Assembly: GCA_036336835.1 (NCBI GenBank)
Contig: JAYZFK010000062.1
Span: 160,001-224,000, forward strand
Direction of reading: 5' to 3'
DNA from: Myxococcota bacterium
Lineage (GTDB): Bacteria; Myxococcota_A; UBA9160; UBA4427
DNA: 64,000 nucleotides
Shown: positions 1-12,711 of the stretch, one piece after another
Position numbering within the stretch: position 1 is the first letter of the stretch
Layout: every line of letters starts with the position of its first letter
The notes under the pieces: model-generated
Database searches by the model: none
The model's input: only the letters and a program-made list of their open reading frames with translations
Told to the model about the DNA's origin: nothing
Translations under genes and position numbers: made by a program

Positions 1-252
1 GATCACGACGTGATCGCCCACCTCGAGCCCCACCACGCCCGGCCCGGTCTCCTCCACCACACCGGCTCCCTCGTGGCCCAGCACCATCGGCGGGGTCGCG
101 ACCGGGCTTTCGCCCTCGAGCACGTGCAGGTCCGAGCGACACACCCCCGACGCAGCCAGGCGCACCAGTACCTCCCCGGCCCTCGGGCTCTCGATCTCGA
201 CGTCCTCGAGCACCAGCGGCTCGTGGGCCTGGTGCATCACTGCTGCTTGCAT
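1..252 (-). CDS. Zn-dependent alcohol dehydrogenase (MDR family), N-terminal part, runs off the window edge
   Basis: Manual minus-strand translation from ATG at 252: MQAAVMHQAHEPLVLEDVEIESPRAGEVLVRLAASGVCRSDLH...VLGHEGAGVVEETGPGV...GDHVVI, with the GxCxSD and GHE motifs. Not in the ORF track. Confidence 0.9.
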   Translation of the reverse strand, partial: MQAAVMHQAHEPLVLEDVEIESPRAGEVLVRLAASGVCRSDLHVLEGESPVATPPMVLGHEGAGVVEETGPGVVGLEVGDHVVI

Positions 253-316
253 GAGAGACTCCTCGGCGATCCACAGTACGGCCGGGCTTCCAGCCCGGTC
301 AAGCCACGGGAACGCC

Positions 317-1438
317 ATGACACAACGAGTGATCTCGGCCGACAACCACGTCAACGAGCCCCCCCACGTGTTCGATCGCGTGCCCGCCGGCATGCGCGAC
401 CGCACACCAAAGATGCTGCGCGGCGCGGACGGCGGCGACGGCTGGAGCTTCGACGGCGGTCCGCCCAAGCGCACCTTCGGCATAGAGGCCATGGCCGGCC
501 GCTCGAAGGACCAGTACCAGGTCCAGGGCCTGCGCTGGGACGAGATCCTGCTCGGCAACTACGACGGCGCGGCGCATCTCGCCGACATGGAGCTCGACGG
601 CGTGCACGCCTGCGTCGTGTACCCCAACCAGGCGATCTTCACCTACATGACGCCGGACCGGGAGCTCGCCATCGCTTGTATGCGCTCCTACAACGATTGG
701 CTGCTCGACGAGTTCCAGGCAGCCGACCCCACCCGCATCGTCGGGCTCGCCATGCTGCCGGTCGACGACGGCATCGACGCTGCACTCGCCGAGTTCGAGC
801 GCGTCGTCGCCAGGGGCGCCAGGGGCTGCTTCATTCCGGGCATGCCCGTGCGGCCCTACAACAACGCCTACTACGAGCCGCTGTGGGCGGCTGCGAGCGA
901 CGCCCGGATCCCGCTCTCCTTCCACCGAACGTTCGGCGGCACGCCGCCGGACCAGGACTGGGACGAGCTGGTCGACCAGCAGATCAGCGTACCTGGTATT
1001 GCGTCGCGCTTCTTCTGCTCCGTGCGCCCGCTCACCTACATGATCTTCGCAGGCATCTTCCAGCGGCATCCCGGCCTCGTGATCATCGCCGCCGAGGTCA
1101 ACTTCGGCTGGGTCCCCTTCTGGCTCCAGACGATGGATCAGGAATGGGAGACACAGAAGGCGTGGTCGGACTCACCGCTCGAGGTGACCCCGAGCAGTGT
1201 CGCCGGCGAGCAGGTGTTCACGACGAGCCTCGACGACCACGTGGGATACGACCTGATTCGCGCAGGCTCGCCGGGGCTCGCCCGCGCCACGATGTATTCG
1301 ACCGACTACCCGCACAGCGTGACGCTGTGGCCCGACTCGAAGCGCCACATCCCTGAGCTGACGCGCGGCCTCAGCGACGAAGATCGTGGCGCCGTGCTGG
1401 CCGGAAACGCCGCTCGTGTCTACGGCTTCGAGGTCTGA
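317..1438 (+). CDS. Amidohydrolase family protein (Amidohydro_2 type)
   Basis: ISADNH metal motif near the N-terminus, FH motif, YSTDYPH and GNAARVY; ATG at 317 chosen. Confidence 0.85.
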   Translation: MTQRVISADNHVNEPPHVFDRVPAGMRDRTPKMLRGADGGDGWSFDGGPPKRTFGIEAMAGRSKDQYQVQGLRWDEILLGNYDGAAHLADMELDGVHACVVYPNQAIFTYMTPDRELAIACMRSYNDWLLDEFQAADPTRIVGLAMLPVDDGIDAALAEFERVVARGARGCFIPGMPVRPYNNAYYEPLWAAASDARIPLSFHRTFGGTPPDQDWDELVDQQISVPGIASRFFCSVRPLTYMIFAGIFQRHPGLVIIAAEVNFGWVPFWLQTMDQEWETQKAWSDSPLEVTPSSVAGEQVFTTSLDDHVGYDLIRAGSPGLARATMYSTDYPHSVTLWPDSKRHIPELTRGLSDEDRGAVLAGNAARVYGFEV

Positions 1439-1442
1439 CCCG

Positions 1443-2930
1443 ATGACCCCTCTGCTCGACGGATCGCGCATCGACAACTGGATTGGCGGCAAGCGCCGAG
1501 CACCGAACGCGGGGGAGTACCTGCCCTCCATCGAGCCCGCCTTCGCCTCCGCATGGATCGAGATCCCGGCGAGCGATGCGAGTGACGTGGACGAGGCCGT
1601 CGCGGCGGCGTGCGCTGCCTTCGCAGGGGAATGGCGTTCGGCCGCCGCCATGACGCGAGCCGGGCTGCTGCGCGCGGTTGCGAACACGGTCGCCGCCCAC
1701 GCGGAAGAGCTCGCGACGATCGAGTGCCGCGACAACGGCAAGCCGATCGCCGAGGCGCGCGCCGGCGATTTGCCCTCGATCAGCGAGATGTTCAACTACT
1801 GGGCGGGGCAGGCGGACAAGCTTCACGGCGAGACCGTGCAGGTCAGTCCGCAGAGCCTCAACTACACGATCCACGAGCCGATCGGCGTAGTTGGAATCAT
1901 CGTACCGTGGAACTCTCCGCTCGCGATCCTCGCGGCCAAGGTGGGCGCGGCGCTTGCAGCCGGCAACACCGTCGTGGTCAAGCCCGCCGAGCAGGCGGCG
2001 GTCTCGATCCTCACCATCGCCGAGCTGTTCGATGCTGCAGGCATCCCACCGGGCGTGGTCAACGTCGTATCCGGCACGGGCGAGGTCGCAGGCGATGCAC
2101 TGGTGTGTCATCCCGAGGTTCGCAAGATCGCTCTGACCGGCTCGACCGACACGGCGCGGATCATCACGGCGCGCTCGGCATCCGGGCTGAAGCAACTGTC
2201 GTTCGAGCTCGGGGGAAAGTCGCCCAACATCGTGTTTGCGGACGCCGACCTCGACCTCGCGACCATCGGCACGAGTACTGCGGCGGTGTTCACGGGCGGT
2301 GCCGGACAGACCTGCGTGGCAGGCTCGCGGCTGCTGATCGAAGCACCGATCTACGACGAGCTGATCGAGCGCATCACGGCCCACGTTGAATCCGCAGTTC
2401 GGCTCGGCGACCCGCTCGACGGCGCCACCACGATGGGCCCGATCGCCTTCGCCGAGCAGTACGCCAAGGTGAAGTCGTACATCGAGCTCGGGCAGAAGGA
2501 GGGCGCCGAGCTGGTCTTCGGCGGCCGCTTCGGAGCCGAGAATTTCGAGACCAGCTCGCCGCTCGATACCGGCTACTTCGTCGCACCCACGCTGTTCCGG
2601 GACGCCCGCAACGAAATGCGGATCTGCCGCGACGAGATCTTCGGCCCCGTGGCCTGCGCCATCCCGTTCGAGGGCGAGGAGGAGGCGCTCGCGATCGCCA
2701 ACGATACGCGCTACGGCCTGGCGAGCGGGGTCTGGACCAACGACCTGAAACGAGCCCACCGCTGCGTGCGCGACATTCACGCGGGCGCCGTCTGGGTCAA
2801 TACCTATCGGCGCATCCACTGGGCACTGCCCTTCGGCGGCTTCAAGGACTCGGGCTACGGCCGAGACTCGGGCCTCGAGAGCCTGCGCGGCTATCAGCAG
2901 ACGAAGACGGCCTGGATCGATCTCGCTTGA
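1443..2930 (+). CDS. NAD(P)-dependent aldehyde dehydrogenase
   Basis: PWN, KPAE, TGST, ELGGKS, GQTC, EIFGP and PFGGFKDSG motifs. Confidence 0.95.
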   Translation: MTPLLDGSRIDNWIGGKRRAPNAGEYLPSIEPAFASAWIEIPASDASDVDEAVAAACAAFAGEWRSAAAMTRAGLLRAVANTVAAHAEELATIECRDNGKPIAEARAGDLPSISEMFNYWAGQADKLHGETVQVSPQSLNYTIHEPIGVVGIIVPWNSPLAILAAKVGAALAAGNTVVVKPAEQAAVSILTIAELFDAAGIPPGVVNVVSGTGEVAGDALVCHPEVRKIALTGSTDTARIITARSASGLKQLSFELGGKSPNIVFADADLDLATIGTSTAAVFTGGAGQTCVAGSRLLIEAPIYDELIERITAHVESAVRLGDPLDGATTMGPIAFAEQYAKVKSYIELGQKEGAELVFGGRFGAENFETSSPLDTGYFVAPTLFRDARNEMRICRDEIFGPVACAIPFEGEEEALAIANDTRYGLASGVWTNDLKRAHRCVRDIHAGAVWVNTYRRIHWALPFGGFKDSGYGRDSGLESLRGYQQTKTAWIDLA

Positions 2931-3117
2931 TCTCGCTTGATCCGGCCCGAGCTGCGGCGAGACACCGGGCGGGCACCGGACACGACACCGCTACACTCGG
3001 CCGCCTGAGTTCGCGAGCCCCGTAGCCCACCCCCGCCCGGGGGCCGGGCCGGGGCTGTCGTGCGTGCTGGCATCTCGCCACGGCGCGGTCGCAAGGGCGT
3101 GGAGGACAGTGGGCCCA

Positions 3118-6100
3118 GTGAAGTCGCTCGAGCAGATCGCGCGCAAGCTCACCGCACGCGAGACACCCGTCTGTCTCACTGGGCTGAGCGGCGCCGCGCG
3201 CGTCGCTGCGCTCGCCGAGCTGGTGCGCGCACACGGCGAGCGGCCCGTCTTGCTGCTGGCGGCAAGCTCCAAGGCGTGCGACGCGCTGAGCGAGGATCTG
3301 CGCAGCACACTGGGGGGCGACGAGGCACCGGCCGCCCAGCGCGTTCGCGCTTTCCCGCGCCACGACACCCTGCCGTACGAGCGCTTCTCGCCCCAGCCCT
3401 TCGTCGTCGCCCAGCGGATGGACCTGCTCTACCGCTGGCTGTCGGATCCGGGGCGCACCCGCAGCTCGCGCTCACAGGCTGCGTCGATCGCGGTCGCCCC
3501 GTGGAGCGCCCTCGCGCTGCGCGTTCCCTCGCGCGAGCGCGTGCGCGCGGCCACGGTGCACCTCGAGGTCGGACACAGTATCGATCGTGACACCCTGATC
3601 GCGCTGCTCGTCCAGGCGGGCTACGCGCGCATGGCGATCGTCGAGGAGAAGGGCGAGATCGCCGTCCGCGGCGGGATCCTCGACATCTTCCCGCCCCACA
3701 ACGATCTGCCGATCCGCATCGAGCTGCTGGGGGACGAGATCGAATCGATTCGCGAGTTCGACCCCGCGAGTCAACGCTCGCAGGAGCGGCTCGATCGCGC
3801 TGCGGCACCGCCCCCGCGCGAGCTGCTGTTCTCGCGCGAAGGGGTGATCGCGCACAGTGACGATATCCGCCTGCTCGCGATCGAGCAGGGCAGTGACGAA
3901 GCGAGTGCCAACGAGCTGATCGATGCGCTGCTGCGCGGCCACCTCCCGCCGGGCATCGAATCGCTCGCCCCGCTGCTCCAGTCCGGCCAGGAAAGCGTCT
4001 TCGACTATCTACCGGAGGACACCCTGATCGCGATCGACGACCCGGAGGCCGCGTTCGGTCGCGTCGATCAATACCTGTTGGACACCGCACACAACTTCGA
4101 AGCAGCCCGAGACGCCGGCCGCATCTGCGCACCTCCGTCCGAGGTCCTGCTCGAATGCGAGGAGGTCCGACGGCTGACCTTCTCGCGCCGCCCCGTCTCG
4201 CTCGCTCGCCTGTACATCGCGGACCCCGACTCGCGCCTGCACCAGGAACGGATCGACATCGCGAGCCACGACCAGGGCGAGCTGCGGCGGGCCCTCGCGC
4301 GTACGCGAACCCACGAACGCGCACTGACTCCGTTGGCCGACCAGCTCGGCGTCTGGATGGTCGATCGCTGGCGTGTGACGATCGCCTGCCACTCGCTCTC
4401 GATGGCCGAGCGGCTGCGGTCGCTGCTCGGCAGCTACGGCATCGAGCCGATGCTGGTGAACGACCCGCGTCCGTTGTGGCGCTGGGCGACGCCGGGCCGT
4501 ATCGAGCTGCGGGTGGCCCGACTGTCATCCGGGGCGATCCTGCCCGACGACCAGCGAGCCATCCTCACCGAGGACGAGATCTTCGGTCAACGCGAGCGCT
4601 CGCGACGGCAGCGCGACTGGAAGGAAGGCAGCGCTGTCGAAGGGTTGGCACAGCTCGCGCCCGGCGACTTCCTGGTCCACTCCGCACACGGCATCGGCAC
4701 CTATCGCGGGCTGGTCGAAGTCGCGGTGCAACGACTCAGCAACGAAATGCTGCGCATCGATTACGCCGGCGGGGATCGCCTGTTCATTCCAGTCCACAGC
4801 CTGAGCCAGGTACAGCGCTACGGCGGAGCGGACGGAGTGCAGCCTCGGCTCGACAGACTCGGTGGGTCGACCTGGGACAAGGCCAGAGAAAAGGTCAAGA
4901 AGTCTCTGCGCAACATGGCTCAGGAGCTGCTCAACGTGCACGCCGCACGCGAGCTCACGAGCGGCTTCGCCTTCTCACCACGCGACACCTACTTCGAGGA
5001 GTTCGAGGCTGCATTCCCGTACGACGAGACGCCAGATCAGCACGACGCGATCGAGGACGTGCTGGCAGACATGCAGATGGCGCGAACGATGGACCGGCTG
5101 GTGTGCGGCGACGTCGGGTACGGCAAGACGGAGGTCGCGGCACGCGGTGCCTTCCGCGCAGTCCTCGACGGCAAGCAGGTCGCTTTTCTGGTGCCCACGA
5201 CGGTGCTGTGCCAACAGCATCACGAGACGTTGCGCACGCGCTTCGAGGGCTATCCGATCCAGGTCGCCTCTCTGTCGCGCTTCGATTCTCCCAAGCGGTC
5301 GCGCGAGGTGCTCGAGGGCATGGCCGACGGCACGATCGACGTCGTCGTCGGCACCCACCGCTTGCTCCAGAAGAAGGTGCGCTTCCGCGACCTCGGACTG
5401 CTGATCGTCGACGAAGAGCATCGCTTCGGCGTCGGCCACAAGGAACGCATCAAGCAGATGAAGAAGACGGTGGACGTGCTGACCCTCACCGCGACACCAA
5501 TCCCACGCACACTTCAAATGGCCTTCACAGGCGTGAGAGAGCTCTCGGTCATCAACACCCCGCCGGCGGACCGGCTCGCCATTCGCACGCAGATCTCCCG
5601 CTTCAGCGAGTCACTGATCCGCGAGTCGATCCTGCGCGAAGTGCGCCGCGGGGGGCAGGTGTTCTTCGTCCACAACCGCGTGGCTTCGATCGGCGCACTG
5701 CACGAGCTACTGGAACGACTGGTGCCCGAAGTCAAGATCCTCGTCGGCCACGGCCAGATGAAGGAGCGCGAGCTCGAGAACGTGATGCTCGTCTTCCAGC
5801 GGGGCGAAGCAGATGTGCTGCTCTGCACCACGATCATCGAGAGCGGGATCGATATCCCGCGCGCCAACACGATCCTGATCGACCGCGCCGACGCGCTCGG
5901 ACTGGCGCAGCTCTACCAGCTGCGTGGACGTGTCGGCCGCAGTGACCACCGCGCCTATGCCTACCTGCTGATCCCGATCATGCAGGAGGCCCTGCCCAGC
6001 GAGGCGCAGCGGCGACTCGAGGCGATCCAGGATCTGTCGGAGCTGGGCAGCGGCTTCCGGCTCGCCAACCAGGACCTCGAGATCCGCGGCGCGGGCAACA

Positions 6101-6657
6101 TGCTCGGCGGCGAGCAATCCGGCAACCTGATGACAGTCGGCTACGAGACGTACATGGAGCTGCTCGAGGAAACGATCGAGGAGCTGCGTGGCACGATCCG
6201 CGAGCAAGAGATCGATCCCGAGATCCGGCTCCCGGTGCAAGCACGCCTGGACGAGGAGTACGTGCCCGACGTGTCGCAGCGGCTCGTGCTGTACAAGCGG
6301 CTCTCGAGTGCGCGTCAAGATGAGGACATCGACCGGATTCGCGACGAGATCCTCGACCGCTACGGCCCGCTCCCCCGCGATGGCGAGAGTCTGGTCGAGG
6401 TGATCCGTCTCAAGGCACTGGCGCGCAAGCTCGGCGTGGTCGCCGTCGACCTGAGCCGCGGAGAGATCGTGCTGTCCGTGGGCGCCGGCGCACGGATCGA
6501 CCCACAGCGGCTGGTGAACATGCTGACGAGCGGCGGTAGCGAGCTGCGCGTCAGCCCAGAGCACAAGATATTCGCCCCCGCACCGACCGCTGGCGGCGAG
6601 GCCGCGGTACTCGATGCGGCGCGTTCTCTGCTGACTCGGCTCGCGGGCTCGGCGTAG
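3118..6657 (+). CDS. mfd: Transcription-repair coupling factor
   Basis: UvrB-like N-terminus, CarD/RID region (HGIG), GDVGYGKT, DEEHRFG, TATPIPRT, QLRGRVGR, DLEIRGAG. Start is uncertain (3064/3109/3118). Confidence 0.97.
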   Translation: MKSLEQIARKLTARETPVCLTGLSGAARVAALAELVRAHGERPVLLLAASSKACDALSEDLRSTLGGDEAPAAQRVRAFPRHDTLPYERFSPQPFVVAQRMDLLYRWLSDPGRTRSSRSQAASIAVAPWSALALRVPSRERVRAATVHLEVGHSIDRDTLIALLVQAGYARMAIVEEKGEIAVRGGILDIFPPHNDLPIRIELLGDEIESIREFDPASQRSQERLDRAAAPPPRELLFSREGVIAHSDDIRLLAIEQGSDEASANELIDALLRGHLPPGIESLAPLLQSGQESVFDYLPEDTLIAIDDPEAAFGRVDQYLLDTAHNFEAARDAGRICAPPSEVLLECEEVRRLTFSRRPVSLARLYIADPDSRLHQERIDIASHDQGELRRALARTRTHERALTPLADQLGVWMVDRWRVTIACHSLSMAERLRSLLGSYGIEPMLVNDPRPLWRWATPGRIELRVARLSSGAILPDDQRAILTEDEIFGQRERSRRQRDWKEGSAVEGLAQLAPGDFLVHSAHGIGTYRGLVEVAVQRLSNEMLRIDYAGGDRLFIPVHSLSQVQRYGGADGVQPRLDRLGGSTWDKAREKVKKSLRNMAQELLNVHAARELTSGFAFSPRDTYFEEFEAAFPYDETPDQHDAIEDVLADMQMARTMDRLVCGDVGYGKTEVAARGAFRAVLDGKQVAFLVPTTVLCQQHHETLRTRFEGYPIQVASLSRFDSPKRSREVLEGMADGTIDVVVGTHRLLQKKVRFRDLGLLIVDEEHRFGVGHKERIKQMKKTVDVLTLTATPIPRTLQMAFTGVRELSVINTPPADRLAIRTQISRFSESLIRESILREVRRGGQVFFVHNRVASIGALHELLERLVPEVKILVGHGQMKERELENVMLVFQRGEADVLLCTTIIESGIDIPRANTILIDRADALGLAQLYQLRGRVGRSDHRAYAYLLIPIMQEALPSEAQRRLEAIQDLSELGSGFRLANQDLEIRGAGNMLGGEQSGNLMTVGYETYMELLEETIEELRGTIREQEIDPEIRLPVQARLDEEYVPDVSQRLVLYKRLSSARQDEDIDRIRDEILDRYGPLPRDGESLVEVIRLKALARKLGVVAVDLSRGEIVLSVGAGARIDPQRLVNMLTSGGSELRVSPEHKIFAPAPTAGGEAAVLDAARSLLTRLAGSA

Positions 6658-6678
6658 CGCCCGCGCCAACCCGGGCCC

Positions 6679-7079
6679 TCAGACGCCGTCGGGACCCGCG
6701 CTCAGATACGCCGCGAGATCGGCGTCCAGCATCACGCGCGTGCGCGCGATGCCGGCAGGCCCGAGGTACGGCAACAGCCAAACCGCGCGCAGGCGCACGA
6801 ACTCGTCGGGCTGTTCGAGGCAGACTCTCGACCAGGCCGAGCACCTCGCTACCGCCCGAACGCAGTGCCTCGAGGCCCTGCGCGCGCCGAAGGGCGTCGC
6901 GAACGATCTCCGCACCGGCGCGGTATTCGTGCTCGCCGTAGCCGTGGCTCGGACCGCCGACGATCAGCAGGATGCGGTCGCGCTCGGCCGCCGGAGACGC
7001 GGGATGGGCGAGCAGCAGTGCGCAGCAGCGCGCAGCCAGCTGCGGTGGCCCGCCAGAGCTGCCGGATGACGCGCGTCAT
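6679..7079 (-). pseudogene. Probable degraded gene remnant (signal-peptide-like start, ThuA-like N-terminal motif, frameshifted)
   Basis: MTRVIRQLWRATAAGCALL in one frame, LLLAHPASPAAERDRILLIVGGPSHGYGEHEYRAG in a second frame, VRLRAVWLL in a third. Confidence 0.4.
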
Positions 7080-7094
7080 GGCCAGGCGTCCAGT

Positions 7095-7142
7095 TGCGTC
7101 ATCAACTGCGTCATCAACTGCGTCATCGCCTGCGTCATCGCC
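7095..7142. repeat. Four tandem 12-bp units TGCGTCATC(AAC/GCC)
   Basis: Units at 7095, 7107, 7119 and 7131. Confidence 0.85.
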
Positions 7143-7157
7143 GGGGCCGCCAACGCG

Positions 7158-7724
7158 TCATTCCGGGATAGTGCGGCCGATGGCCAGAGGATGGAGTTGT
7201 GTCAGGAGCTCGGCAAGCTGCTCGGCCGGCGCCCGCGACCGGTCCTCGAGCCACCACACCAGGGTCCCGCTGACCATCTCCCACCAGGCCCGGGCAGCCA
7301 CCACGGGATCCAGCGCGGGACCGACTGCGCGCCGCTCCGCAAGCTGGCGCAGCCGCCGCTCGAGCGGTCGCATCGAGAGCGCGACGTTCGAGGGGCGTGC
7401 ACTGCCGAAGGCGACCCGGAAGTGGTCGGGCGAGCGAACGGCGTAGGCGATCACCGCCCGGGTCGCGCGCCTGGCGAACTCGAGCGGCTCGTCGACCTCT
7501 GGCCCGGGCATGGCCGCGCCCAGTTCCTCCCAGGCCTGGAGCATCAGCGCATCGGCGAGCGCCGACTTGTCGTGAAAGTGGCGATAGAACGTGCCGACAC
7601 CGACTCCCGCCTCGCGAGCAATCTGGTTGCTGTTGACCGCGTCAAAGCCATCGCGCGCGAACTGAGCCGCGGCGGCCCGCATCAGCGCATCCCTCGCCTG
7701 CTCGGGAGTGCGGCGTACAGCCAT
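7158..7724 (-). CDS. TetR/AcrR family transcriptional regulator
   Basis: N-terminal HTH: FARDGFDAVNSNQIAREAGVGVGTFYRHFHDK. Confidence 0.93.
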   Translation of the reverse strand: MAVRRTPEQARDALMRAAAAQFARDGFDAVNSNQIAREAGVGVGTFYRHFHDKSALADALMLQAWEELGAAMPGPEVDEPLEFARRATRAVIAYAVRSPDHFRVAFGSARPSNVALSMRPLERRLRQLAERRAVGPALDPVVAARAWWEMVSGTLVWWLEDRSRAPAEQLAELLTQLHPLAIGRTIPE

Positions 7725-7740
7725 CGCTCAAGGATAATAG

Positions 7741-7750
7741 ATATCGATAT
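7741..7750. promoter_or_regulatory. AT-rich palindrome, possible TetR autoregulatory operator
   Basis: ATATCGATAT in an AT-rich gap just upstream of the tetR start. Confidence 0.4.
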
Positions 7751-7755
7751 TTTAA

Positions 7756-8658
7756 TCAGCCAAAATCTGCGGTTGCGCGCGCGGCATGCGGCACGGGGCG
7801 ATCTTCGAGCCAGGCCTCGAGCAGAGCGTTCACCAGCTCGGGCTGGTCCTGCTGGACGAAGTGGGAGGCGTCGGGCAGGTAACGCTGCACCAGGTTGGGC
7901 ACCCAGCGAGCCGTGCCAAAGCTGAGCCGCTTGCCGAGCGCCAGATCCTGCTCACCCCAGAGCATCAGGGTCGGCACCCGGATCGGGGGATAGCCGAGCC
8001 GCTGCTGCCGGGCGAAGCCACCCCCGGCGAGCGCTGCGCGGTAGTAGTGAAACATGGCGGTGGCGGCACCGGGGCGTGACGCGTTCGCCTCGAAATGCGT
8101 CATCGCTGCGTCATCGAAGCGCTCCGGGTGAACGGCGGTATGACGCAGCATGTCGGTCGTCCAGCGCGGCCCGCGCCACTCGACCAGCCGCTCGGGGAGC
8201 CACGGAAGCTGGAAGAAGCTCATGTACCACGACCGGGCGACCTGCCGGAGGTGCAACTGCTCGGGCACGCACGCCGGGTGCGGCACGTTCATGATCACCA
8301 GCCGCTCGAGCGCTTCGGGGTGCCGCATCGCGTAATACCAGGCGATGATCGCGCCCCAGTCGTGTGCCAGCAGGGTGGTTCGGCCGTGGGCGCCGGCGGC
8401 CGCAATCAGCCCGTCCACGTCGCCCAGCAGCTTCTCGAGCGCGTAGTCCTCGCGCGCTGCGGGGGTGTCGCTCTGGCCGTAGCCGCGCAGATCCGGTGCC
8501 CAGGCGCGATAGCCGAGCCCCGCCAGCAGAGGCAGCTGATGGCGCCACGAGTGCGCGCACTCCGGAAAGCCGTGCAGACACAGCGCGAGTCGATCTCCAG
8601 CCCCCTGCTCCAGAATCCGGAAGCCCAGGCCATTTGCTTGGACGCGCAAATCGATCAC
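7756..8658 (-). CDS. Alpha/beta hydrolase, epoxide hydrolase type
   Basis: HGFPE, DLRGYGQS, HDWG nucleophile, SWY, HYYR, SHFVQ. Confidence 0.9.
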   Translation of the reverse strand: MIDLRVQANGLGFRILEQGAGDRLALCLHGFPECAHSWRHQLPLLAGLGYRAWAPDLRGYGQSDTPAAREDYALEKLLGDVDGLIAAAGAHGRTTLLAHDWGAIIAWYYAMRHPEALERLVIMNVPHPACVPEQLHLRQVARSWYMSFFQLPWLPERLVEWRGPRWTTDMLRHTAVHPERFDDAAMTHFEANASRPGAATAMFHYYRAALAGGGFARQQRLGYPPIRVPTLMLWGEQDLALGKRLSFGTARWVPNLVQRYLPDASHFVQQDQPELVNALLEAWLEDRPVPHAARATADFG

Positions 8659-8732
8659 GGCGCGCGCAGGCTACCATGGCGCGCTCGCCCAGCGCGGGAG
8701 ACCTCGATCGCCAACGCGGAGACGCATCGACC

Positions 8733-9782
8733 ATGGGACCCAGCCGAGTCCAGGAGCAAGCTCGAAGCCAGGTCCGGGGTGCACTGGTCGCGCTGCTGTG
8801 CAGCGGCCTGGCCGCACCGGCCGCGGGCGCTAGAGAGCTGATCGACGCGGTCGCGGCCCAGGTCGGCGGCGGCGTCGTCCTGCTGTCCGAGGTGTACGAG
8901 CTGACCGAGCCAATCGAGAGGCGAATGCGCCAGGGCGGTGCGCGCGAGTCCGAGATCCTGATCATGCGCTCCGACGTGCTCGAACGGTTGATCGAGCAGA
9001 AGCTCGTGGCCGAGGTCGTCCGACGGATGGAGCTGTCGGCGAGCAACGAAGAAGTGGATCAGGCAATCCGCAGCATCGCCCAGGACACCGGCATCACCAC
9101 GCAGCAGCTGATCCGGAGCGTCACCAGCCACGGGCTCACACTGTCCGAGTACCGCGACAAGATCCGCTCCGAGATCGAGCGCTCGAAGGTAGTCAACGGC
9201 ATGGTCCGATCGAAGGTGCAAGTCAGCGACGAGGAGATCCGGACCGCCTACGACGAGCGTTTTTCAAACCAGCCGTCGGGCGGAGAAGAGGTCCACCTGC
9301 GCCACATCGTGGTGGCCTACGGCGAAGACCTGCTGCGCGACGGAGATGCGGCGTGCCAGCTCACACGCGAAGGCCGTCTGCGTATCGAGCGCGGCGAGAT
9401 CAGCTTCCCGGCACTCGCGCGGGAGATCGCAAGTGCCAATGCGGCGCGCGGCGGCGACCTCGGCTGGATCCACTTGAACGACGTCGCTGCGTGGATGTCC
9501 GACGACGTGCGCGAGCTCGGCGGCTCGGGCATCAGCGCGGTGATCGCAATGCCGTTCGGCTGCAACCTGCTGCAGGTCGTCGAGCGACGCGACTACCAAC
9601 CGATCACGTTCGAGCAGGCGGCGGGGCCACTCGAGCAGGCGATCGCCGAGCGCAAGACGGAGCAAGAATTCGTGAAGTGGATCGACCGCGTGCGTGAGCA
9701 GTCCTACATCGAGCGCAAGGGTGTGTTCGCCGAGGCTTCGCGCCTGACCCGCGGCATCAACGGCTCTGCGACGCCGCAATGA
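8733..9782 (+). CDS. surA: SurA-like periplasmic chaperone/parvulin PPIase
   Basis: Signal-like N-terminus, [15 protein letters not shown] SurA N-domain, VHLRHI and GGDLGW rotamase motifs; start approximate. Confidence 0.8.
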   Translation: MGPSRVQEQARSQVRGALVALLCSGLAAPAAGARELIDAVAAQVGGGVVLLSEVYELTEPIERRMRQGGARESEILIMRSDVLERLIEQKLVAEVVRRMELSASNEEVDQAIRSIAQDTGITTQQLIRSVTSHGLTLSEYRDKIRSEIERSKVVNGMVRSKVQVSDEEIRTAYDERFSNQPSGGEEVHLRHIVVAYGEDLLRDGDAACQLTREGRLRIERGEISFPALAREIASANAARGGDLGWIHLNDVAAWMSDDVRELGGSGISAVIAMPFGCNLLQVVERRDYQPITFEQAAGPLEQAIAERKTEQEFVKWIDRVREQSYIERKGVFAEASRLTRGINGSATPQ

Positions 9783-9795
9783 CCGCAGGGCACGG

Positions 9796-12699
<2,904 letters not shown>

Positions 12700-12711
12700 G
12701 GTCCGCTTCCG

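Noticed and set aside
2919..2942. 10-bp duplication GATCTCGCTT at the ALDH stop
   Set aside because: Two copies only; simple slippage with no element between them
7095..7142. Tandem array considered as a CRISPR
   Set aside because: 12-bp units with no spacers and no cas genes in the window
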